This document shows positions 51,901-64,000 of a DNA stretch of 64,000 bases, in pieces. How positions within the stretch are numbered: position 1 is the first letter of the stretch; the number at the start of each line of letters is the position of its first letter. The translations under genes were made by a program, and so were the position numbers. Source of the stretch: Negaprion brevirostris (lineage: Eukaryota); the NCBI GenBank assembly GCA_030324005.1, contig JARDVH010000163.1, positions 66,384,063 to 66,448,062 on the forward strand, read 5' to 3'. The notes under the pieces were generated by a model. The model had not been told where the DNA came from. It was given only the letters and a program-made list of their open reading frames with translations, and ran no database searches.

Positions 51901-53871
51901 TCATGTACACCTGGTGAACATCCATACTTCAATTATGTTCTGATAGTTCTTATTCTGCCTAACCCTACCCTCACATCTTGATGCATCCCTGACACTGCAG
52001 CAGAAGTAGAGGTAGCCTGCTGACAGTTATGCCCTATTATCTGTGGTGATTTTGATGGGTGACCTCTGGGAGGTTTGAACATGAAGGCCCTCGAACTGTT
52101 TTGGATCTCCTGCTGTCGGGCAGTTCATCTTCCTCGGTTTGTGGAGACACAACTCATGGGGTCACAAGCAGAGGGGTTTGGGATTGACCAGGCAATCCTG
52201 GAGTCACATGGGTAGATGGTTCTGGGGTTTCCAGCTGCTGGTCCTTGTCCCTATGGGTGTCCTTGGGCTCTGGCTGACTCCTTGAGGAGAAGATACACCT
52301 TAGTGAGATCAGAGTGCTCTGGCTCCCTCTTGTGTAACCACTGCTGGATGCTACCCATGCCTAAAGTGACATACTGCAAATCCTGCAGCATTACCAGCAC
52401 AGTATCCTGCAGCAAGATCTCCATGGCAGCCACCATCTTACTAGTGTTGACATCGGTGAGTTGGTATGCCACCGCAGTGACCTCAGATTGCTCCATTATC
52501 TGCTGTAATCTGGGGAATGCAGTTGACAATCCTGCCTGATATTCCTGCACTTGTTATTGATGCTCCAACAGCTGCATTAAGAACCAATCCACATGTTTGT
52601 TATCTGATTGGGACTCAGCAGAATCCTGGTCTCCAGCAGTTGTCTGAGAGTCTGCCTACACATTCTGTGGAGCAGATTCTGTGCTCTGCTCACCAAATTG
52701 TGACACTGAGCCTGCTGTAGATTCAGGTCACCTATGTTGTGTGTCTTTGCATTGGTGGATTGTGTGGGTAAGTGCTGTGATGGATCTTCCAGCAGCATCT
52801 GAGCTGTCTTTGGGACTGGAGGTAAGGTGTTCTGTGCTGTGTTGCCTAATAAAGGGAGCAGAGACAATTAGTAAATGGCAGCAGACTCCAAAGCATGAAG
52901 TACTCACAGCATCACTGTCTGAAGGAGCAGCTGGAGCTGGTCTTCACTTGGGACTATGCTCTGACCTCACCATTGTCACAGACATGGTCCTGGTCCTTTT
53001 CTATCAGCTCAACAGCAACAACACCCTCCTCATAAGGAGTGAGGTCCTTGAGCTTAGGCACCCCAACACCAGTCTGGGACTTTTCCTTAATTTTTGGGCA
53101 GCTTTGTCCTGCATGAAGGCGGAATGAGGAAGTGTGAACAGGACATATGCCAAGGCATATGTGAAGGGTGCCTGCCTTGTGCGGGTGATGAGTGAAGTCG
53201 TGTAAGAGATGAGAATGTGAGCTACACAGGTAATGATCCCAGACGGAGAAATCAAGGTGCATACGAGGGAGTGAGTGGTGATGTCCCTTGAGCTGACAGT
53301 GGAGAGTAATCCCACAAATGTCTGATGGGCTTGTGAGTGTATGAGTTGACAGTGATGAGATGGTTGACCTACCTGACAGAACAGGTGAGATCATTCACCC
53401 TCTTCCTGCATTGGATGGCTGGTCTCTTAAGGTCTGATTTGGTACTCATCACCTTTAGCACTTCCTCCCAAGCTGCAATTGTGCAGATTGTAAACCACCT
53501 TTTGCCATCACATGGATAGAGCAATTGTAAATTGACTCTCAACAGTGTCAAGAGGTGAGCCAGTGACATATCAGTAACTTGGGGGGATGCAATCTATTTC
53601 CTTTTTGGGGGTAGGTAGAGGAGGTATCTCTCTGTTAAGCTACTGAGGGTGGGGGCAGTTTAAGTTTAGCATCTGCTGCGATGATCTGCTTAGATCACAG
53701 GAGGGGCAAGTGAATCACAGGCCATTTGCTTATGATACGATGTGTTTCCTGCTGATGTATATTTAATAATGCGAGTAGCATACAATCGGAGGTGAAAACC
53801 CACCATTGCAGCTGCAGGAAACATTTTTCCACCCACCACCACACCCAGTCCACAGAGTGGAAAATCCCACC
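48981..53871. mobile_element. Degraded PIF/Harbinger transposon 2 with both ends probably present
   Basis: Termini ggagtagaattttcc and ggaaaatcccacc. Plus transposase remnants at 50520-51470 (TGDLCGI, IDCTHVAI, RKGFH.LN.QLVC, DKG.P, EQTIG.LKM). Minus Myb gene at ~52000-53570 (AAWEEV...QCRKRVNDL). Confidence 0.8.
50701..50872. repeat. Near-perfect inverted repeat, 82-bp arms with 8-nt loop
   Basis: 50701-50782 is the reverse complement of 50791-50872 with about 4 mismatches by eye. Confidence 0.95.
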
Positions 53872-54438
53872 TTGGATGTGCTGAGTTGACCAATTGTTCC
53901 TTTGTAAACAAACCTCTACTTCAGAAGGGGTTGGTCAATATCTAAGTTACTTCAGAATGAGAACACAATTGTCTGATTCCCAAATCGCAAAGAAATTCAG
54001 AAACAAAAAATACTGGAAAACTTCAGCAGGTCTGACAGCTTCTATGGAGAGAGAATAGAGCCAACCTTTCTGGATGATCCTTTGTCACAGCTGAAGACAA
54101 ATAATTGACAAAGATGTCATGGACAAAAGGACAAAGGGAATATAAATGGTGGTTATAGTGGCTCAGAATGGTGCTAATAGCATCCAATAAAAGATCGGAA
54201 TGTATAAATGGCAGAACAAAAGCATAGAGTGTCAAAGGACAACCTGAGGAATATGGCAGATCGCCTTGGTGAGATGGATGGTGGAAACAAGAAATTCAAC
54301 TGTATTGAAAACAGCCATGTATGCGAATAATGTGGCCATTTAAATTGGTGTTGAGATTTCAACATATATAATCATAGAAAATGCTAAAAAAGCTCAGCAG
54401 GTCTGGCAGCAGCTGTGGAGAGGGAAACAGAGTTAACA

Positions 54439-54572
54439 GCTAGGATTCTCCGACATCATCCGGGGCTGGGATTCTCCGGTCCCATTGCAATGAACGGAGA
54501 TTTCACTGAGTGCCAAGTTCTCTGTTTTACTGGCCGTAGTGGCGGGTTCTACAAAGTTGGAGAATTCTGGCC
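54439..54572. mobile_element. Harbinger-type MITE nested in a Penelope-derived palindrome
   Basis: gctaggattctcc / gggctgggattctccg ... ggagaattctggcc splits the gagttaac|ctttgaagtc junction of the host element. Confidence 0.6.
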
Positions 54573-54759
54573 AACCTTTGAAGTCGGTGTGACTCTTCTG
54601 AATTATTTTTGCTTTATTTCACATTTCCAGCATCTGCAGTATTACATTTTTAACCCATTATCATACATCAGGCATGCAGCAAATGCTACATGCACCTGTT
54701 TGGTGGGGAGAAGCAGGGGTTGAGGGAGGGGATATTAATGGACTCAATAGACCAGATCT

Positions 54760-55080
54760 GACATTTCTGCTACTTAATGGCAGCCAAGATCTCTTAAAGA
54801 GTAGATGTAGAGAAGACAAAAATCTATAATGTGTACCCCATGTGCACAGAGGAATGGCTGCAAAACATGGAGATCAGATCCCTTTGTCCTCCAATATTGT
54901 TTTGGAGTCCCTGGTCCTGGCAGCAGACAGAAGGACAGATATCCTGCATCCCCAAGAGTTTCAGGGGGTGGGGTAGTGCAGCCCAAGAAGCCCTTCACAC
55001 AACAATTCAATGGGAATTACTCAGAGATGGTCAATGCATAGAATTTTGCTCCCGGGACTTGTCCACAATATCAAATGTTC
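54760..55080 (-). mobile_element. CR1 ORF1 esterase (SGNH-like) remnant
   Basis: Minus CLLPG...GSDL.V...CAHGVH resembles the CR1 ORF1 CLPGA...VHVGTND motif. Confidence 0.5.
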
Positions 55081-56722
55081 AGTAATCTTATCATCCTCAC
55101 TTCAATTAGCCTCCCTACACTTGCACCACTGGTACAGAAACTCACAACACTTCCATCCATACTTCTATATACATTCTCCTACAACCATTACAACACATCT
55201 CACTCCTGCTTCTTCTCCTTGTCAAACATTCTATACATCCTACTGTCACTGGTACCCCAACCAAACTTGCCCACACCTTATATCTTGCCCACAAATCAAT
55301 TGGTCAACCCTTCTGTGTGGGGACATAGCTCTCTCCAAATATAAATGACATGGTTTTATGGACAGGTTAAAACATCTGAAAGCCAAAATCAGAAGAATGT
55401 TCTGCGGTAAAAAGAAGGGAAGGTAGCTGATTGGTTCCATTGAAAGGTGAAAAAGTCATAAATAAATTTTTACGTCAACCAAAATAAGCCCAATTTCACA
55501 GTAACTTCATCACAGTGTTAATGTAAGCCTTACTTGTGACTAATAAATAAACTTTACTTTTACTTTTGTTTTATTTTTCCATGAACAGTTAAAGCAGTAA
55601 TGGACTCAATGGGCCCAATGACCTCCTTCTCTGCGTTTATGGCTTATATAGAAATAGCGTGCTTTAAGTGTGATAGACTTTACTCAGCAACTGAAAGATG
55701 CTTAAAGACGAACTATGAAACACTATGAGAGTATGGCAGAAATATTAAATGAATACCTGTGTAGGTCATAAGCTTGAAGAGCATGCTCAACTGACAGCTT
55801 CAAGTGGTCCTTGCTGACAGTTTGTGCCATGGGTTGTGACATGAGTTTATATTATGGTGAGTCAGAATAGGCCAATTTCACAAAAAGCTTCTACATCCAA
55901 TGTAGGAACACATATTTAAATATTGTAATAAGCTTTCTGAATCATTCTGCTTTATGCTCTGGTTGCCTACAGAGAAACTCAAGCTGACATGGCAAATGTT
56001 ACAGTTCCATTGAGGGTCTTTGTCTGGTTAATTCCTGAAATAATCAGGGCACGATTAAATTGCTGGCTCAAGTGTTCAGTCGATTCAGAGCTCCGTTTCT
56101 CTGTTTCTCTCACTCCCTTGAGATTTAAATGATCCAATTATTTTCTGGACAAGACAAAGCAAAGACTCAATGTTGCAGACAGCTTCCTTTTTAACTGGTT
56201 TACATTTAGTTCCAATTACATGTAATGCAGTCAATTTTTTATGCACTCTGCAATGACTTTAGCAAACCCCTCAGTTATAGACAGTCCCTTATGGATAGCT
56301 ATGACTGGACAATAAATGCTGTCACTTACTAAGAACAAATGTGGGGGAACTCCCTTCACACAAACCCCACATGGTAAAACAATGTGCTGGGCAAAAGCCT
56401 CCTACCACCACCCCCCCACCTCCATCCCTCTCCTACTGACAAGGTTNNNNNNNNNNTTGTGGTGGTGCAGAAACACTGGGAGCAGTATTTTATTTGGGGA
56501 GTATCATCCGTGAGCTGAAGAGCTGGCAAGAGCCCTGTCTTGCCTTCTTTCGGATATTAAGTGCCTGCAGCAGTGGACCTTCCCCCAAGGGCAGAAATCC
56601 TCTGCAATTTGGCAACATTCATTCCACTCCCCTCCATTCCAACATCCTGATTTTCTGGTTTGAATCTGCCTTTGATTTCAATGAAAATTGGAATCTGTTT
56701 GGAAAGGTTGTTCTCTTCCTAC

Positions 56723-56902
56723 CTTGATCTGAAGCTTTTGTACAAGTTGAGCCTGACGCTGCTGACCATCTTGATATGCCTGGAGCTTTCTCCTATAAAC
56801 CTTCTCTTCATCCTCAAATTGGCGGCGGAGATCTGACACAGCCTTTGTCTCAGCCCCCTTTTGCTCCCTCTCAGAAACTTCAACCTTGAAGGATTTCTCC
56901 AA
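56723..56902 (-). CDS. crocc2: Rootletin-family (CROCC2-like) coding exon A, first exon recognised in the window
   Basis: tccttcag|TTG...AAG|gtag, 180 bp, phase 0-0. Encodes LEKSFK...YRRKLQAYQDGQQRQAQLVQKLQIK, the rootletin N-terminal signature. Confidence 0.9.
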
Positions 56903-58599
56903 CTGAAGGAAAGGAACACAGAAAAAACAATTAGGTCTAAGGGCTACCAAAGAAACCCCATTACAGCCAACTGAAATGGTATACCAGTGTGTAACATGTG
57001 GCATGATAGCATGCAGTAAAATGCATCTCTGATAAAGTGGTTGCCTGCACGTTGTCTCTTACAGGAAATCAAGCATTGAGTCTCAGAACTGTCTTCTGTT
57101 CACTTGTCACCGTTGAAGATCATTTTTGTTAGAGGTATCTACAAAAAAACTTGCATTTCTACAGAGCTTTTCACTATCTCAACATGCTTTACAGCCAAGA
57201 ATTGTCTTTGCTGTAATGCAGCATACACTGACACAGAACAAGTTCCCACAAATAACATTGCATGGCCGGATCACCTGTTTAAAATATTGGCTGATGGATA
57301 CATGTTGTCCCAGACATACATCCACCTGAGACTGCAGACTGTTTAACTTCTCAGGCTAAAACCAGGACCTCTGCCTCTGCAGAACTCTCTTAAACTGCAC
57401 CAAAATGTTAACAAGATTCAGAATTGGGACTTGAATCCACGGCCTCCTGAGCTAATGCTGATACCTTGAAGAAGAAAACTACACTTATCAACAACTCCCT
57501 CTGCTATTAATTCAATTTTTTACCAATGGCCAGTGTAGCAGCATTAAAAAGACTGAATATATTGGGTGCAAGTTCACATTGTATCAGAAGTGCACACTCT
57601 CTCAGTACACCATTTCCTTTTACACGTGTACAGGAACTGACACTGTAGGGCCATTTTTAACAATGCCCTTCCAATGGGAAATGGATATTTAAAATTCCCC
57701 GGATGATTAAACCATCGTTGTTGCATTCCCTTTCCAAAGTCTTCAAATGCAACCAGTTTTTCTCAACAGTAAGGAAAGGGACTGCTGCAAAGCAGCATGC
57801 TTCTCCATCAAATATACAAAGCTCGCTCCAATGAATGGGAAGCTGCTGTAAACCCACTGGAGTGATATTCAGCTCCACACAGATTTCTGGTTGATTATGC
57901 TGGAAATCCAGGGCCAGCAATAAGCAGAAGTCATGACACCGAGTGGGAAGTCTGCTACAAGGCCCCCACTAATGTTGGAATGGCTCCCTACATCTTAATT
58001 TCCTTATGGGGCCAAGAAATGCAGAAAATATTCACCAGTGGTCCTTTCTTTGTGACTTACCTGAGTGACAGGGAACATTCCTTCAGATAATTAGTGCAGG
58101 AAATGCAAATGTCATGCTCATATTGTTGGTGATCATCTGTAATATAGAGATTGAGCTGGGCAGAGCTGTACTTTACATCTAACTGTGATGCTGTCCCAAG
58201 AGAAATGCTTCATTGAACACAGCAACAGAAGGAACCCATTCAGCCTCTCAAACCCATTCTATCATCCAATTAGCTGATCTCTAACTCAACTCCATTTGCC
58301 CTGTCATCCAAGGTTCTTTGATTCTCATCTAGCAAAACGCTAAGTTAAAAATGCAAATTAGGCCCATTTGCAGATGCTGAGTTCTCCCATGCCTAATGGT
58401 AAGTGGTGAGGTGAGCACAAAAAAAATTCATGTTACCTGCTACTTCCATAATTGTGGTATCCAACCCAGCTTCAAATGCACTGCTCAGTGGCTGCGTACT
58501 CAGCAGGGGGCCCAGGTTGGTGCAAAGGTAACATTATTTAAAGCTGGCCTGCACCTTTTTAAGGAGAAGATGCATTCTGCTTGGAACAAGTATTGGAAG

Positions 58600-59300
58600 T
58601 CACTAGGAAAGACTTTCTGAGCAGGATAAATTTCAGAGCCATAGAGTAGCAGTCCAGTGCAAGGCCTCCCACTCCCAGGAGGCCTAGCTGCAGGAGGATC
58701 TTTCTGCAGGGGGCGGTAGGTGATCCTCTGGACACACACAGTGAAAGCTGAGGAAACAAATAGCCACGGTGTTCAATGGCAGGAGTCTGGTCCTGAAAAC
58801 CTGGATGCTGTTCTCGAAAAGGGTGAAAGATTCCATTCACTTATATTTCAAATGGCATCTCCTATCAATCTCACAAATGTCTCAGTACACCCCTCCAAAC
58901 CTCTGTCCCATCACTAGCTCATCAACAATCTCCAAGTTGAGCTCATGCTCAACTTTCCTATGTTCCATCTGCCCCTCACATTTTTACCTATGCTGCCGGC
59001 CTCACCCCCACATCTCACAGCTTGCACATATTTGTAGCAATTCAGTGATAACACTCACATCATCAAATGGATAACAACAAACTCACTGATACTCTTTCCT
59101 GACCTGTACATCACAATGAGACAAACAACAGTGAGAAGCAGTGAAGAACCAGAGAGGGTAAGGCACAGCTGCATGCATACCCACCCTTGGAAGCAACAGC
59201 GCTCAGCATTATTATCAGGCCATTATTGAGGCTGGGACAGCCATTGTCGCTGAAGACATCCAGGATGATATTACATTCCTGTCTCAAATCCCATTTCACC
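58600..59300 (+). mobile_element. Third Harbinger remnant (Myb partner gene only)
   Basis: RSLVLKTWMLFSKRVKD (cf. RT..QCRKK.NDL) at ~58780 and N.EK..RT.EG.A.L....PLE second-exon motif at ~59125-59200. Confidence 0.45.
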
Positions 59301-62300
59301 CTCATCCTGCAATCTGCTATGATATACCAACTGCAGATGATGCGAGCAAGAACTTCTTGCTTTTCCACCTTCACCCCCACTAACACCCTCACCTCCACTC
59401 CCATCCACACCTCCACCTCATCCCCACTCACACCCCCACCAATTCTCACACCCACATTCTCAGGAAGCAATCCATCTGAGAAAGCACCATGGGTAAAAAC
59501 CAACACAAATGAAAAAAAAATACTGTCCTCACAGATTCGAGCAAAAAGGATGCAGGGAACTTGACATTTACCCAAACCATNNNNNNNNNNNNNNNNNNNN
59601 NNNNNNNNNNNNNNNNNNNNNNNNNNNNNNNNNNNNNNNNNNNNNNNNNNNNNNNNNNNNNNNNNNNNNNNNNNNNNNNNNNNNNNNNNNNNNNNNNNNN
59701 NNNNNNNNNNNNNNNNNNNNNNNNNNNNNNNNNNNNNNNNNNNNNNNNNNNNNNNNNNNNNNNNNNNNNNNNNNNNNNNNNNNNNNNNNNNNNNNNNNNN
59801 NNNNNNNNNNNNNNNNNNNNNAGCTCACCCAAAGCTCTGCCCATCTTCTAGCTTGCACTAAGTCCTGTTTACTCATCACCCTTGTGCTCGCTGGAGTTAC
59901 AGACGGGATCTGTGAAAGTGACGGAGTCAGGCCTTGTTATGGGGTTGGAAGTAGAGTTAGTGTGGATATGTGATCAGAAGATCATCTCGGCCTTAAATGT
60001 GACACCGAGGGTGTGAAAAGTTTTGATAGCTACTGGAAGAGAGATGGAATTGGTGGTTAAAGAATGAGTTAATCTCAGGAACTGATGACAATGGCTTTAC
60101 TCTTCCCAATATTCAGTTGATGGAAACCTCTGTTCATCCAACACTGGTTATCAGACAAACAGCCTGACAGGTATTGGTAAGGAATTAAAGCTGGGTGCTA
60201 TCAGCCCATACAAGAAAACTTACATTACTTTCAGATAATGAAAGCAATGCAACAGTTTTGAAATGTTCACCCTCGTTTTCATATCACTCTGTGGCCTCAC
60301 TCTTCCCTTTGTCTATAATTTGTTCTGTCCATATAATGCCATGAGACATCTGCATTCATTCTGACCTTTTGATCAGTCCTGATTTTAACTGATCCACCAT
60401 CAAAGGATATGCCTTCAGTTGCTAAGGCTGGAAGCTCTGCAATTCCCTTTCTAAATGTCTCTGCCTCGCTACTTCTCCTCCTTTAAAATGTTCCTTTAAA
60501 CCTAACTTTTTGACCAAGCTTTTGATCATCAGCTCTAACATCTCACCACTACCTCTCAGATTTTCTTTGGTAATGATCCTGTAAAGCATTTTGGGACATT
60601 CTATGACAATAAAGATGCTATATTAATAAAGTAGCTGCTGCTGAAATTTTAAATTTAAACAAAAAGGCAAACATTTCATGACGGTCACACTAACCCATAA
60701 GCAGCATTGCCAATATTTAATCTCATTCTGGAGAGTTAATAAAGCCTGTAGCCCGCCAATCATTTAGTGGGCTCTCTTGTTTGGATGCTGCATATGGTTG
60801 AGGTTGTGTGAGTAGTTGGCTTGTTCAATTTATCATTTTATTGCTGGTACCTGGTCTCTGTTTCCATTGAACAGTTAACAGATTGGGAAACGGGCCTATA
60901 TGGCCTTGATTTAAAGAGAATGCTGGGACTGTGAAACTGATATCTAGCTGAGTGCTCTATGATCTTCACACACGCAATCTCGGAACAATTCCAAAGCGCC
61001 GCATCCTCATCAAAGCGATCAGGGTCCTATACACACGGCCAGCGCTTTGGTCTGCCTCAGATACAGGCATTTCTAGTGTTCTGACAGGGAATGTTGCCCT
61101 CAAGTTACGGCATGTTCCAGAGCCTTTAGTGAGGGGCAGAGTAGGGGGTGGGTGGGACAGGGAGTTTGCTGAGTCAAATCGAATGAGTTGGCTCATCCTC
61201 TGCAGGCAGGTTGTTCTTGTTAACAGGAAACAGCTGGTGCTGGGCTTCAACAATCCAACTTCGGTGATTGCGGGGGGGGGGGGGAGCAGAGAGGCGGAGG
61301 GCACAATTAACTCCGGCTCCTCAAAATAAACATTCTTTGTGTTTAATCTTCACTCGTTGGGCAGATAATATTCCACAACACTGTTTTAATTGTTAAAAAT
61401 GTCCCCACACTGCTATAATTATTCTACTATGTCAGCTGCTTTATATCATTGTAATAATCTTTATTTGGTTCCAGTGGCGATTGAAACCAGACCCTATCAA
61501 TCCAATGCTACTGAACTGCCTCATTGCCTCTGGGAGTTCACGGGTTTAAAACTCATTACTTCTTCCATCAATCCTGCCAAGGCCAAGCGGAGACCCACAG
61601 CTATAAATACACCCATCAAGAGTTCTGGTTCTGCCCTTTCTAACTGAAAGTACTGTGCCCCTGAGCTTTGCTCCCTTGATTTCCCTCCCTACCTTCCTTC
61701 TCTAGAGTGACTCATGGCAGCTACGCTCTGATGGCTCAGCCGCAAGACTGTAAACTTGGCATATGTTAGGCTGGCACTGGAGGGCCACTAACTCACATTG
61801 TACCATGTGGATGCATGATACAGTTTGTTCCTGTTGAATAATCTCTTTGTATTGCAAGGATTAACTGAGAAATTGAAAAGTATATACACATAATTGAGTA
61901 TTTCTGTAATTCTAATAATACAAGCTGTTTCATTATGATATTTTAGTTGTGTTTTCTTTACCCTTCTGCAAAGAGGTTTTTATTAAGACACTCAGTTCAA
62001 TTTGCTGCAGTTCTCTCTTCCCTTTTAAGTTTCCTCCCCTCTTGCTACCCAAAGTTGATGGCTCAGGGCTGCCGTGGCCATCTGCATGTACGAGGCTAGA
62101 CGATCAACATCACGGGCCTATTCAACTTTGGGAAATGTCAGAGTCAAGCTTGATGCAGTCCTCACTTCACACATAAACACGCACCCACCCAGAGACAAAG
62201 CCACACATGTACACATTCCAACAGTGAGTGCAGATTAGCAGTTATGATTTTATCTCTCATGTTGCGGTGCTGTGATTAGTTGCAGAACTACTTAGCTGAG

Positions 62301-63555
62301 ATATTCTAACACAGCACAGAATACTGATTGATCCAGGAACCTTCCTGCATGGCAAATAACAAATTTGACATAAAACACCCAGAAAACACTTGGTGCTGCT
62401 TCCAAATATAAAAAGACTTGCAATTTCTATAGGATCTTACACAACCGCAAGATGTTCCAAAACACTCGACAGGTAACAATGTTCTCTTGAAATGTAGTTA
62501 ATGTCATGAAAAAATGCAGCAGTGACTTGGTGCACAGAAAGATTTCACAAACAGCACAGAGCAGATGGGTCTCAGTTTGTCTTATTTGAAGGACAATGTC
62601 ACTGACCGTTTCTCTGAAAATATTATGAGGTCATTTTAATGAATACACATGACTGATAGCACTCTTTGTTCTCCAAATTTACCAATGGAACTTGGATGGT
62701 GGGACTGCAAGTTGGGGGGTGTACCATCCATGATTTTCCATCCATTGACAGCCACCTTACTTGAGATTTTCTGATAAGTGCGGCCAGCAACCCATGGTTA
62801 GAGCATATTCCTAAACTAACAAATGATCGCACAGGTCAACTGGGTTCAGGTCGTTCTCACCAAATTACTGCCTGAATACCAGAGAACAAATGTCTAATTT
62901 GGTGAAGCTCAATAGTGGAGGAAAAAATGTGATTATAGACCAACAAGATCCAGTTGTATTCATGGACAACAGTTGAGAATAGTCTTGGGCACAGTTGTGG
63001 AGCTTGTGTGTTCAAGTGGTTTCCTCACACTCATCATCAAGGCACATACATGAGAAATGACAATTGGCTTGCGTATGTGTGGATGCTAAGTGCTTGCGAG
63101 GTCATACACAAAATAAGGAATCAATACTGCCAAGAGAATAAATAATAGGTATATTGGTGAGAGTGACCAAAATAAACAGTGGTGAAGCTCAGAGAAAGTG
63201 GCCCTGGTTTTAAAATCATTTTTGAAGAAACAACTGGGTGGTCACATCCCCTCCTTCACCAAAGCTCCCAACAAGGTCCTCACTTTTATCTTTTGGTACT
63301 AATTCCAAGGATTCTCAGCTCTCTGCAATGTACAAACCCTTTTGACAAGCTACCATGTCTCAGGAGGTTCTTTTAAATTCTCTCTCACAATAAATTGTCT
63401 AGTAATCAATCCTTCTCTTGTCTCCAACCCTCCTCTCTCTTTCTATCACAAGCTTTATTTTTTACTCAACTACTTCTCTCTTTCTCCTGCCACATTCCAA
63501 TACCTCATTGCACGCTCTTTTCCCTCACTGCATCTTCACATGCAAATCTCCCACT

Positions 63556-63604
63556 CTTACTCCATCTTTCCTGAACTTACTCCATCTTTCCTGAACTTAC
63601 TCCA
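63556..63604 (+). repeat. Perfect 20-bp tandem duplication, about 2.4 copies
   Basis: cttactccatctttcctgaa twice, plus cttactcca. Confidence 0.9.
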
Positions 63605-64000
63605 ACTTTCCACTTTATGCTCCCGTGTTCCAACATAAGCTTGGTGCCATGTAATCTTAAATCTTCTTGACATTATCTTTTCTACCATCTTTCTTCTTTT
63701 CAGAGTTAATGGCATCAAGCGTGCTACAGATAATAACCTAGACAAGGTAATTTTAATCAGAAAGTTCTTCTCACAGAATCAGCGGCATCCAGTTAGGGTA
63801 GTGGAGCAAAGCATCTNNNNNNNNNNNNNNNNATATTATTTTTTCAGAAAATTGAACTTTGTGATGGAGAAGCTGCAGGGCCATTCAGCCTTTCACATTT
63901 GAAATCCAGAAGAGTGGAATTTTATAGCCCATCATGAAGTGGGCGGGGCTGGAAAATGCAGCGAGCATTCAAACATTCATTCACTTCAGCAGGAGTGGGA

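Noticed and set aside
58056-58100. Strong minus-strand donor CAG|gtaagt preceded by ATG TTC CCT GTC ACT CAG, in phase with exon A
   Set aside because: An in-frame stop lies just upstream, there is no acceptor or promoter evidence, and such a site can occur by chance.
60966-61304. 112-aa minus-strand ORF as the upstream crocc2 coding exon
   Set aside because: No rootletin similarity or coiled-coil character, and it ends in a stop before the donor site.
1-64000. CRISPR arrays, operons or prokaryotic defence systems
   Set aside because: The sequence is a spliced vertebrate gene with eukaryotic repeats, and no regularly spaced repeat-spacer array is visible.

Overview
This is eukaryotic (vertebrate) DNA, most likely a shark judging by its repeat families, from a gapped draft assembly. 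The window lies inside one minus-strand rootletin-family gene, best matching CROCC2. I traced 11 consecutive GT-AG coding exons (56902 down to 1181) whose phases join into one open coiled-coil frame; the start and stop codons lie outside the window. The introns are mostly decayed transposons: CR1, Rex/Babar and L2 LINEs, HE1 and Deu-type SINEs, three PIF/Harbinger remnants (transposase and/or Myb partner gene) with MITEs, probable solo LTRs, and many Penelope-like elements. The most notable signals are several families of Penelope pseudo-LTRs with minimal hammerhead ribozyme cores (one on the host sense strand 35 nt after an exon, one family with a recurrent non-canonical core), long palindromic and nested Penelope insertions with target-site duplications, a near-perfect 82-bp fold-back inside a dead Harbinger transposase, and a fused tRNA-Val/tRNA-Ser pseudogene pair. 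Family and gene names come from recalled motifs, not database searches, and repeat boundaries are approximate.
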